Shown: positions 1-11,606 of the stretch, piece by piece
Layout of the letters: every line of letters starts with the position of its first letter
Position numbering within the stretch: the first letter of the stretch is position 1
NCBI GenBank assembly: GCA_002245135.1
Contig: NGBS01001161.1
Location: forward strand, 124,001 to 188,000
Source of the DNA: Proteromonas lacertae
Lineage: Eukaryota
Direction of reading: 5' to 3'
Length of the DNA: 64,000 nt
Translations under genes and position numbers: made by a program
The notes under the pieces: generated by a model
Database searches by the model: none
The model's input: only the letters and a program-made list of their open reading frames with translations
Told to the model about the DNA's origin: nothing

Positions 1-1215
1 ATAATACAACAATGGTAAAAATGATAATAATAAAATCATCAATTACATTATAATTAAACGAACTAATAATATAAGTATAAGTGAAAAATTAAAAAAGATA
101 TTGAAAAAAGAGTTGATGCTTTCTTTACACACACACTTAGAATAAATGTAAAAGGGATGGTACTTACTGAAAATATGTATGAATAAACATAAAACAGACT
201 GTAGGAAGTATAACGAAGTGCTTTTACTACATATAATCCTAACAATAATATTGCATTTGGTAATATTAACCATATTATTTCAAATACCAGCCATGATAAC
301 CAATACATATATTCACTCATTCCGTTCATTAATAACATGTCTTTAATTCCTCTTTCTTTTTCAGAACCTAATAATACTGTTAAAGCTTGCATTGTTGTAA
401 AAACATACATATAATAATACATTGGTTGAATATATTGTTGGACATTAAAAGCATCTGATTCTTCTGGAAAACCGAATCTACTGGAATACTATATGATAGA
501 GTATATATATCGATTTAACAAAATACTTTAATCAAAGAATCACTCATTTTGGATGATGATTTTTTATTATATATTGCTCTATAAATTGCTTCTTCTAAAC
601 TACTTATACCATTCAAAAAGAAAATATATTCTTTTTGATAGGGTATTTTTGTATAGTCTAATTCTGAAGGATTTGTTTGATTGTAATTAAATATTCCATA
701 GTTAGTTGTATAATTATATCTCAAAACAAAACTAGGATTATCTTCAGAATACTCGCTTAAGTCTATCACTGCAAACATATTGGCCGGACATTTTGCAAAA
801 AAATTATCATACATATCATCATAAGAACTAAAGTCCTTCAATGAATTTGACGTAACACCAATAGTTCTATTAATTCATAAAAAAATTTAAAATACTGTTC
901 AATTAGTGATATTAAAGCATTTGTATCATCATTCTTAGGGTAATAAGCAATATAATTAGCAACATTTTTGATCTAGATCATAAAATAAGTGATGAGTCAT
1001 ACATCAATAGAAGGTGACACTGGAGAAGATGGAATTTTAGGATATTCTACATAGTAATAATCTATTGTATAGCTAAACATCCAAATCCAAAACACGGTAT
1101 ATAATGGGATTACAAACTCCACAAAAGCAGAGAAAGGCTTTCTTCTATACACCAACACATTTTTCTTAAGCAGAATTAGTAACTGCTGAGTAATAGAAGC
1201 TCCTTTCTTTGACAT
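1..1215 (-). CDS. ABCA-family lipid transporter, 5' part (runs off window start)
   Basis: N-terminus QQLLILLKKNVLVYRRKP and EKERGIKDMLLMNGMSEYMYWLSW are ABCA TMD1 hallmarks; introns 973-1002 (30 nt), 867-895 (29 nt), 489-526 (38 nt) join the ORF pieces; probable 1-nt frameshift near 85. Confidence 0.85.
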
Positions 1216-1595
1216 TACTTTTTTTTAAATCTCAACTATTTTAAAACGGCGTTTGTGTTTACAAACTTTGTCAATGTTTGTATAGTTTATTGTTAAATAG
1301 AAGAGCAACTGATTATTATATAAAACAACAGAAATGATAAGATAGACGTTAATTTAACACATTTTATTTTATAAATTAATCACTTTGATAATTTATGTTT
1401 TTATAATTGTAAAATATGAATTAAACAATAGAAATAAAGAGTTAAATAGCTATAATAATTAGCATATAATGAGATAAAACAGAAAAAAAATAAGAAAAGC
1501 TCGTTATGTCAAACATAATTAGTTTTGAATGATGAATATCTTAACAAATAGGTGCAATTATGTAGAAAAAATTACAAATCAGAAATATATCCTAT

Positions 1596-3452
1596 TTATA
1601 CTGCAGATTCTGGAGTGTTGATGACAATTTCTTTAATTGGTTGATTGTTGTTTTTATCTATATCTGAGTTATTAAGTTCAATCGTTGTCACAGAATTGTT
1701 CTGTAACTCAATGTTAACCTTATTTTCTCTTTCTCGTTTGGATTTTCTTGTGAAACATGTCATTTTATCAAATAGTCCATGTTTGTACATTTCATAAAAC
1801 AATGTGATGAATATTATTTGACAAGCTAAGCCAACAGGTAGTGCAACATATATTTTCCCTTCTGCTAATCCTCCAAATAAGAAACCAATAGCTGAACTAC
1901 ATGCAGTTGTTAATGCATAAGGTAGCTGTGTTGATACATGCTTCATGTGATTGCAATCACAAGCAGTTGAAGATATAACTGTTGTGTCAGAAATAGGTGA
2001 ACAATGATCACCAAAAATACTGCCTGATAAAACAGCTCCTAAGCATATTGTATGTAATTCAGGACATACTCTTTCACAAATGCCATTAATTATTGATATT
2101 AAAATACCAAATGTTCCCCAAGCTGAGCCAATTGAGAATGATAGGAAAGCTGAAAATATAAATACAATGAAAGGCAATATTCCTTTTGGAAAGTTTGAAT
2201 TTTGAATGATATCTCCCATCCAAACTCCTGTTAATAAATAATCTCTAGCAACAGCACCCATAGCCCAAGCTAAACATAACACTATAATTGTAGGAACCAT
2301 CATTTTCATACCTTCTAATATGCCATTTAATATATCACCAGATGTCATTATCTTTCTTGGAACATAGAGTAACATACATATAAAAATACATATTCCAGTT
2401 GACATACATAATGATATAGCTACATCACTATCTCCAAATATATCTGCAACTGATTTTCCAGTTCCATCAAAGCCACCTCCATTATATACTATTAATAGAA
2501 ATGCGATAATAACTAATAGTAGTAATGGAATTAATAGATCAATTACTCTTCCTTTATCAGACATTTTTATATTATCCATTGTGAAGTTTTGAAGTTTATC
2601 ATGTTCAGTGTGATTCTCATTCTCACTATTGTTTTCATTTTTATTTTCTGTTGTTATTACTTCTACTTTATTTGCTTCTCTTTTTTCTGCTTCAGCCATT
2701 GGACCATAATCAATTCCAGTTACAGAAATAATCACAATCATAAATATTGTAAGAAGGCAATATAAATTAAACGGAATTGTGTCGATGAATTTCATCATGC
2801 CATTACTAACAAGTGTCGATTGCTCCATAGCAGTCATTATAACAGCTGTCCAACTAGAAATTGGTATTATTACACACATTGTAGCGCTTGTTGAATCTAC
2901 TAGATAGGCTAATTTTTCTCTTGATATTCTGTTTAAATCTGTTACTGGTTTCATTACAGCACCTACAGCAATACATGAAAAGTAATCATCTATAAACACT
3001 ATAGCTCCAAGTACAGCTGTAGCTAATTGAGCACCGATTTTACTCTTGATGGCTTTCACTGCCCATTTGCCATACGCAATTGTACCTCCTGCTGCAGTTA
3101 TAATATACACAAATGCTCCTAATAGAAAACCAAATAGAATTATTGATGTTCCGCCTGACATTTCATCTACTATCATCGTAAATGGCAATTTGAAAAAGTT
3201 TATAAAGAATAAACCATTTGCAGAAACATAAATGAGAGATCCAAGCAATATTCCACAAAATAATGAACTGTATACTTCTTTAGTTATAAGAGCCATTGAT
3301 AAAGCTAGTATTGGGGGTAATATAGAGTACCATTCCGCTTTAATGTTACTATTTTCTGCTAAAACTTCTGTTGTTGTTAAGAACTCTTCAGGTGATGTAC
3401 TATTAATTGCATTTAATAATGCTGAAGTAATAATATTGCTTGTGGTATTCAT
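1596..3452 (-). CDS. NhaC-family (Na+/H+ antiporter-like, probable amino acid/organic acid) transporter, bacterial type, intronless
   Basis: 618-aa multi-TM ORF with SILPPILAL..TKEVYSSLF, FIDDYF, REKLAYLVDST, PISSW, GSAWGTFGI, GDHCSPISDTT, HVSTQLPYA motifs. Confidence 0.9.
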   Translation of the reverse strand: MNTTSNIITSALLNAINSTSPEEFLTTTEVLAENSNIKAEWYSILPPILALSMALITKEVYSSLFCGILLGSLIYVSANGLFFINFFKLPFTMIVDEMSGGTSIILFGFLLGAFVYIITAAGGTIAYGKWAVKAIKSKIGAQLATAVLGAIVFIDDYFSCIAVGAVMKPVTDLNRISREKLAYLVDSTSATMCVIIPISSWTAVIMTAMEQSTLVSNGMMKFIDTIPFNLYCLLTIFMIVIISVTGIDYGPMAEAEKREANKVEVITTENKNENNSENENHTEHDKLQNFTMDNIKMSDKGRVIDLLIPLLLLVIIAFLLIVYNGGGFDGTGKSVADIFGDSDVAISLCMSTGICIFICMLLYVPRKIMTSGDILNGILEGMKMMVPTIIVLCLAWAMGAVARDYLLTGVWMGDIIQNSNFPKGILPFIVFIFSAFLSFSIGSAWGTFGILISIINGICERVCPELHTICLGAVLSGSIFGDHCSPISDTTVISSTACDCNHMKHVSTQLPYALTTACSSAIGFLFGGLAEGKIYVALPVGLACQIIFITLFYEMYKHGLFDKMTCFTRKSKRERENKVNIELQNNSVTTIELNNSDIDKNNNQPIKEIVINTPESAV

Positions 3453-3802
3453 ATTTTGATGTGTTTATTATTTAATGGAGTGTTTTTAATGCGTTTTAAG
3501 GTTTTGTTAAATAAAATAGCCGTTTCAAATGTATTTTGAATGAATTCTGTTAGATTTAGATGGACATAATATTGTGGAAATCTTTTTATTGCTATATAGA
3601 TACATTTAAATCATTAAAAATGAAGCATTCTTTATTTCATTTCAAAGTACTTTTAAATATTAACAATTAATCATATATAAAATAATAATTAGAAACTTGT
3701 AATGATTTATTCTCTTAATCTGATTAATTATTACAAATCAATATGTGATTTAATAGTAAATTTTAATTATCAAGCCGAGCTTTTTCTAAATATTCTAAAG
3801 AA

Positions 3803-6711
3803 ATGTCTCAAGATCAACCATCAGTATTATTGCCGAGAAATGTTATTCCACATCAGTATTTATTTTTCATGCATTTCATGTAGTTATGATATTGAGTACG
3901 ACAATATTGATTTGAAAAGATTTACTTTTCATGGCTCTGTATTAACCACTCTTGATGTGAATGAAACAAGTGATTTCATAATCTTTCATGCAACCGAACT
4001 TGGAATTGAAGTATTTTTATTTTTAACATTGTTATAGAAAGTAGAAATTACTCAAAACGGTAAAACAATTGATGTTAAAACGTATTTATATATTTATATG
4101 TTATATAATGTAGAATGTCGTTTGATTTAAAAGATGAGACTTGTCGTTTACAGTTGAATGATAAGTTAACAAAAGGTGAAGCTTCTATTAAATTAGTTTT
4201 TAACGGCATTTTAAATGACAAGTTAGCTGGTTTTTACAGAAGTAAATACACAGTAAATGGTGAAGATAGATATATGGCAACTACTCAATTTGAACCAACT
4301 GATGCAAGACGAGCATTCCCTTGTTGGGATGAACCAACTCTTAAAGCAACATTCCAATTAGCAGTTATTACTGAAAAGAAGTATAATACAATTTCAAACA
4401 TGAATATTATTGAAACACGAACAATTGATGAAAATCATAAATATGTGAAATTTGCTATTACTCCAATCATGTCAACTTATCTTGTAGCGCTTGTAGTTGG
4501 TGAATTTGATTCAATCACAGGTTATACAAAGAATGGAGTTCAAGTTACTACTTATACATCAGTTGGATGTGCTGAACAAGGTAAATTCGCAACAGAAGTT
4601 GGAATTAAAGCACTTCAATTCTATGATGATTTCTATGGAATTAAATATCCATTACCAAAAGCTGATTTATTAGCAATTCCTGATTTTGCTGCTGGTGCAA
4701 TGGAAAATTGGGGATGTGTTACATTTAAAGTGGTTGATTTAATGATCGATTTAAATAATACAACCATTGCTAGAAAGAAGAGAGTGGGTAAATGTGTTAC
4801 TCATGAATTAGCTCATCAAGTATATATATATATTTAATTATTACTATTATATTATGTTAGTGGTTTGGTGATTTAGTAACAATGAAATGGTGGACTCATT
4901 TATGGTTGAATGAAGGATTTGCCACTTTTATGGAATCTTTATGTTTATCAGATCTATTCCAGAATGGGAACATTGGAATGATTTTGCATCGTATTATCTT
5001 AAGCATTTATATTTTTTATAGTGAAAGCCAATCAAGTGGAAAGAGTTTAGATTCATTAGAAACATCTCATCCAGTTCAAGTTCCAGTCAATCGTCCAGAA
5101 GAAATCAATGAAATATTTGATAATATTTCATACTTTAAAGGTTCATCTGTTTTAAGAATGCTTTTCTGTTATTTAGGAAGAGAATCATTCCAGAAAGGTA
5201 TTAATTTATATTTGAACAGATTTGCTTATAAGAATGCTGAAACTGATGATTTATGGAAAGCATTAGAAGAAGGTTCAGGAAAACCAGTAACTGAGTTTAT
5301 GAATAAATTCATTACTCAAACAGGATTTCCATTAGTGACAATTACTGAAGAAGGTAGTGAATATAAATGCAATCAAAGAAGATACTTGAGAAAAAGAAAT
5401 GAAGAAGCTGAAAAGTATTTATAATATTATAATTTTTTTAAATAGAGTTGCATGGAATATCCCATTAAGAGCAACAATCTATAAGAGTGATAATACAACA
5501 GAAGTTGTTGAATTACCATTCTTAAATGAGCAAAATCCATCTCAATCTGATGCTTTTATGAAAGAGTTAAACAGAATCAAGAAATTAGGTGCTGTGAAAC
5601 TTAATACTGATCAATCAACATTCTGTAGAATCAATTATCCAGCTAAATGGTGGAATGAGTTAGGAGAATTATGTGAAAAGAAAGTAATTCCAAGTTTAGA
5701 TAGAATTGGTTTGATTAATGATGTATTTGCATTAAGTGGAAGTGGTGATTTGGAAATAACAACAGCACTTGATTTTGTTAGTCAGTATATATATATATAT
5801 ATATATAATTCATTATAATGTTAATAGTTTTGTTAATGAAGATAATGATGGTGTAATTGATGAAATATCAGCTCATTTAAGTGGAGTATGATTTATTTTA
5901 TTTTTATGTTAATAGTTATGTTTCTTATATGAAGAACAAGACTTCTATCCTAAATATTTACAATATTTACATAGATTATATCGTCCTCACTTTGATAGAT
6001 TAGGTTGGGATAAAAAAGAAGGTGAAAAGGAAAGTGTCGAAACAATAAGAGCTGATGCTATTGCTTTATTAATTGAGTGTGGAGATAAAGAAATTATTGA
6101 TGAAGCAGTTAAAAGATGCAGAGCTTATATTCAAGATCCAGAAGCAAATCCAATACCACCATCATTAAGAACAATATTCTTCAGAGCATTTGTTGGTTCA
6201 AAAGATGAGAAAGAAGCAACTGAAAATTACAATCAATTAAGAGATTACTTCAAGAGAGTTAAAGTGCAAGAAGAATTAATCAGAGTGATCAATGCATTAA
6301 TTACACCAAAACATAGTTCATTATTGAATAGAACATTTGACATGTGTTTTAATGGTGAAATAAGGAATCAGGATCTTATACATTTGTTTCATGGAGCATT
6401 ATATCCAAGAGTACATATATATATTATATTTTTTTAATTAGAGTTCAATACATATGTGGAATTATTTTAAAGCTCATTATCAACCAATTTATGATAAAGT
6501 TAAAGCTGGAACAATGATGTTGCCTACTATAGTTACTCGAATGACAAGTAATATCAAGGATATTAACATGATTAAGGATATTGATGAGTTTAGTAAAGGA
6601 AGAGATATTTCAGCATATAAAAGAGCTTTAATAAACTCAAAAGAAGCAATAGCTGCAAGACATGAAAGAATTATGAGAGATGTCTCCTTACTTAAGAACT
6701 ATAAATTCTAA
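3803..6711 (+). CDS. M1 family alanyl aminopeptidase (puromycin-sensitive aminopeptidase-like)
   Basis: Spliced start MSQDQPSVLLPRNVIPHHYD (intron 3856-3883); TQFEPTDARRAFPCWDEP, GAMENWG, HELAHQW and WLNEGFA motifs; several short introns; apparent -1 frameshift near 4960 (restores LFPEW). Confidence 0.93.
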
Positions 6712-6781
6712 TTGTTATTACTTATTTATATATTTTTTGTATAAGAATGATTTATATATTCAAATTATAAAAATAGAAATA

Positions 6782-6790
6782 TAGCCGTTT
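6782..6790 (+). promoter_or_regulatory. Candidate core promoter motif TAGCCGTTT
   Basis: 15 nt upstream of ATG 6805; same motif at 3517 and 15303, GCCGTTT at 34257 and on the minus strand at 1244-1250, all in 5' intergenic DNA. Confidence 0.4.
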
Positions 6791-6804
6791 TATATAATTT
6801 TAAA

Positions 6805-8377
6805 ATGGAAATTGTGAATACTTCGGTAGATCAGAGTGTGATGCAAGATGTATGTGAGCTAGATGATATTGGAATATCCATTGTACATGAAACAACAGAC
6901 ACAATTCCAAATCAATGTTGTTTTTGTCACAAAGCGAATAAAGATGTGCTTAATCCCATCACCATAATTCCAGTATGTTATATGTAAATGATTTTGTATA
7001 GTGTGGACACAAAACATGTAAGAAGTGTCTGTTTGATTATATTGAGAGGTATCAAAAACAAGAAATAAAAGAATTAAGATGTTTATACGATAATTGTAAC
7101 AGATTAATACTAATTGGTATTTCATTGCATATTAATTTGTTAGATAAGTGGTTAATGCAAGTAGTAAAACCCAAAATTTACTCCAAAATATGCAAGCTAC
7201 AAAAGCCATTTTGTATAATGTGTGAAAGTTATAAAACTGAATTAACTAATCAACTAATAAAAATTGATAAATTACCAAAATGTGGTTATTTCATATGTTC
7301 AAATTGTTATTACGAATATTTATATAACAAAATAGAAAATAGAATATTGGATATAAAATGTCCAATAACAGTTTGTCCAGATGTTATAAATGCAAGTATA
7401 TATATAATGGTAATACTTTTAATAGATGATTTAATAAACAACAAAAAACTATTAAGTGTTGATAAGATAGAAGAATTGCAGATGAATTTTATTGAAGTAT
7501 TAAGTGAAATGGAAAATGATATAACTAACTCAAATAGTAAACAAAATGAAACATATATAAAGAAATATACAGTGTATTTGAATGAAATGAAGTATATAAA
7601 TTATATATATTTTTTCTTAAATAGTATGGAGATAATTGAAGAATCAATGGATGGAAATTGCTTATTTCGGTCTATTAGTAGACAGTTATATAATAGTAAT
7701 CCAGATTATCATTTATTAATAAGAAATAAATGTGTTGATTATATTCTAAAAAACAGTGAATTTTTTTCACCATTTATTGATATGGATTTTAATGAATATT
7801 GTAATAGTAGAAGGAAATCTGGTATATTTGGTGATGATATAGAATTAACTGCATTATGTCAGTTATATAAAAGAAAGATTGAGATATATACTTATGATAT
7901 TAACAATGATTATAAACCAATGATATTAAAGACATTCACACCCGATGAAATTTCTAAATATAATTCACCTATTAGATTAGAGTATTTTATATAAGCTTTA
8001 ATATATGTATTAGCTATTCAAAAACTGAACATTATAATACAATATGTAAAAGAGGTGAAGGAAATGAATTTTTATCTACAGATCCAGGAGTATATGAAGA
8101 TAAAATGCTTAATTTACAAAAAGAAGATGATGATGTGGGTAGCAATTTAAATTCTTCGAAGGATAAGCAAAGTTGTCCATCTAATGTGGTAAATCAAGAT
8201 ATATGCAATCAAAATGTACATTTATTAGTATTTCTATTATGATTTATTAGGTTCATAAAGAAATACACACAAAATTAAATTTAAATACAAGTCCTGCTGA
8301 TCGTGGATGTTATGATAGTGTTTGGTATATATATTATATAGTGTTTTTAATGTAATTGTAGTTGTGTTTTCATGTAA
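6805..8377 (+). CDS. Two RING-like zinc fingers + OTU deubiquitinase + C-terminal CaaX
   Basis: After splicing: CFC..PCGHKTCKKC..RCLYDNC; CIMC..CGYFICSNC..KCPITVC; OTU DGNCLFR and distal HYN; final spliced exon gives CCVFM-stop (TAA 8375-8377). Confidence 0.8.
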
Positions 8378-8563
8378 ATTAGTAATTTATCTTTATTATT
8401 AGTATTCTTTAGTTTACTCTTGTGTTCTTTTATCAATAAAAATAATCAGAATTCACTCATTCGGTTTAAATAGCGAGATAAATGGGGAGGAACACAATAC
8501 TTAATAATCAAAGAAAATTGATTCACTTTACTGTTAATCACTATACATCAAGATCATTTCTTT

Positions 8564-10205
8564 ATGAGTAGAATTTTCATCGCTATCCTATTAATAAGCG
8601 CAGTCTGGGCGAATGGTTGCATTAAGACAGATAATTGTGAAAAAGACAACTATTTTGACGATGTAATATTTGATGGTCATAAATTTGTGAGATTTACTAA
8701 TGGACATAAATATTTACATATAGATATAACTCATCCAGGACATAGAGACGCAATTTATTCAGATGAAAAGAAGTTTACTTACACATTAGTTCATTGTGGT
8801 TGTAAAATTCCTGATAGGTATAATTATATGTATATATTGTTTTAGTGAAAAAAAAGGTGTTGTAATCAATGTTCCAGTGAAGGATCTTGGTACAATAGCT
8901 TTAGACACTTATCCAATGTTAAATGCATTAAATGTAATTGATAAATTATCAGTAGCTATGGATTTACGTTATATTTCAACTGAAGGAGTTGTAGATTACG
9001 CATATCAACGATTTGCAAAGAAAAATCCATTAACAGAATTTGTAACAGTAGATGAGACTAACTGGAAGGTAAACTTCGATGTAAGTGCTTTAAAAAAAGC
9101 AAATCCTGAGGTTATGCTTGCTGATTTAGATACAGTTGAGACATATTCAAAAGATTTCCCAAGAATGATGTATTGGGGATCAGGTGATGAAGATAAACCG
9201 TCGTCAAGAGCAGAATGGATAGAAGTATTAGGATATTTAGTAGGAAAAGAGAAATTTGCTGAAGAATTGGATAGAAACATATCAAGAAGTTATGATGATA
9301 TAAAAAGTAAAATTCCAGTAAATGCAACAAAACCAGTCATATTTTTAGGTGAATCATTCAATTTCAGTGATCCCTTGAATCATACACGTGTTACAGGATG
9401 GAGAGTACCAGGTGGTAAAAGTTATCATGCAGTAATGATCGAAGATGCTGGTGGTGAGTATGTATTCAAAGATAATACCAATTCAACTTATATATTCTTG
9501 AATTATACAAGAGGTAAAGAATTATTAAGTAAAGCTGATTATTGGGTTCAACCAAATGTATGTTTTAAGAGATTAGAAGAGTTTTTAGGTTGGAATAAGG
9601 ATTTAGGTCATCTTAATGTGGTTCAAAGAGGTAATATATTAATGGCAAATCGTAGAGCAGATGATGATTTGTGTTTAAAGAATGATGTATATGAAACAGG
9701 TAATTTATATCCTGACTTAGTATTGAGAGATTTAGCAAGGTTATTATATCCACAGAAAGTATTCCAAAATAAAAAGAATCACTTTTTCACTTATGTATTA
9801 CCAATTTCACCATCTAGTAAAATTGATTTCAAAGATGAAAAAACATATCCAATTAATTGTCAATATCAAGGATGGGGTAAATGGTCTGAATGTACAGCTA
9901 AATGTGATATAGGTATTCAATATCGATTTAGAAATATTGCAAAATTACCGAAGAATGGAGGTATGAGATGTAATCAATTATTTGATATTAAAGATTGTCT
10001 TGGTGCTTGTAAGGCTAGTTTTAATTTAACCGTATTGATTATTTGTATAGTCGCTATTGCTGTAGTAGTATCAATTGTACTTGCATGGTTCTGTGGTAAA
10101 TACACAGCTAAGAAGGTAGGTAATACATTGGCAGGATTAAAGGATGATGAAAGAGCAGTGGTTATTGAGAATTTAGCTGCTGGTAATTACCAAACTTTAG
10201 CATAA
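8564..10205 (+). CDS. Type I membrane protein: signal peptide + cobalamin/iron-siderophore-type substrate-binding domain + TSP1 repeat + TM
   Basis: Signal peptide MSRIFIAILLISAVWA; intron 8818-8845; RAEWIEVLGYLVGKE, WRVPGGKSYHAVMIEDAGG, NDVYETGNLYPDLVLRDL; TSP1 WGKWSECTAKCDIGIQYRFR; TM ~10030-10095. Confidence 0.8.
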
Positions 10206-10591
10206 GATTATGAAATAAATGTTCTTATTTTTGTTGTTGTTATTGGTGATGAAAATGGTAATTAAGGAAAATATATTTGTATTATAAACTTTTAATCATA
10301 ACTAAATAATGGACAAGTATGAAATAATACTATTTTTTCTGTGACTTCTTCATCATAGTAGTGGAGAAAAGATTACATTCTCTCTTTCCTACTCATATTA
10401 ATTTCATATATGATTTGTTGCATCAAAGCATTATTAGTTCATTTTATAACATTATCACAGAATATTAACATCATGGTTGATAAAAATAGTAACATTTATT
10501 ACAGAAAAAACGAATATATTTTTTGATTTGCATTTAAAGAATCTTTCTTTGTACATAGCAATAAATTGTGATAATCGTCTAAAAAAATAAA

Positions 10592-11573
10592 ATGGTATAT
10601 TAGACTTACTTATTTATAGAATACGAGAAGATTGAGTGCAAGCATTCGTCGTTCATCCATGATCGGTGTATATTCCAAGCCTTTCTATGTATATTAGACG
10701 AGAGCTGAAACACCAACTCAGATAATGGAAGATTGTCCATTTCAAGTGTGTGTTGTGAATAATCCAGGTGTTACTGTCCTAGCAGGTAAATACATGTATA
10801 TATATATATAATTTATTTTTTAATTTTAGTTTATCTGATGAAAAGAATGGTGCACCATTGTTTAATGGACCATATGGTTTTATTCTATATCGTGAAAAGA
10901 TAAAGAACGAATATGGCTGGGTTATTCGTGATGAAGGTACCACTTACTATGCAGTACACACAAATGCCTTACTTCCACCAGCATCTGGTTGGAAAGCTGT
11001 ACAAGCAGGTAAAGAACCAAATCCTACTATAGAATTTGTTGAAAAAAACAGTATGAACAACAGTCAAAAACTGTCTAGAAGAACGTCTTCAGTATCTGGT
11101 CCAGATTCTCCAGATTACTGGGCAAAACACTTACATAGAGCAGCACGTAGAGGAGAAGTAGCTACATGTGTGGAGTGTTTTGATAAAGGTTGTCCAATAG
11201 ATTTTCAGGAGAAAGATACTGGAGATACTGTCACATTAATCGCTTGTGAGAAAGGAAATGTCGAATTATTGAGAACATGTATAAAAAGAGGTGGAAATGT
11301 AAATCCTCAAGCAGATACTGGTTATAACGGTTTACAATTAGCAGTAATGAATGGTTGGTTAGAAGCATGTAATGTAATATTTGAAACTCAAGATTTAGCT
11401 TATGAATTATGCAATTTACCTGATCCAGAAGGTGATTATCCAGTGCATTTAGCTGCAGAAAGAGGATATTTGGATATAATGAAAGCATTAGTTGAACAAG
11501 GTGCAGATTTATCAAAGTCTAATCACAAAGGAAGAACTGCATTACATTTGTCATGTGCACAAGGACATTATCG

Positions 11574-11606
<33 letters not shown>

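Noticed and set aside
1596..10205. Bacterial contamination or operon around the NhaC and substrate-binding genes
   Set aside because: Interleaved with spliced eukaryotic genes; the binding-protein gene has its own intron and TSP1 domain; base composition looks uniform
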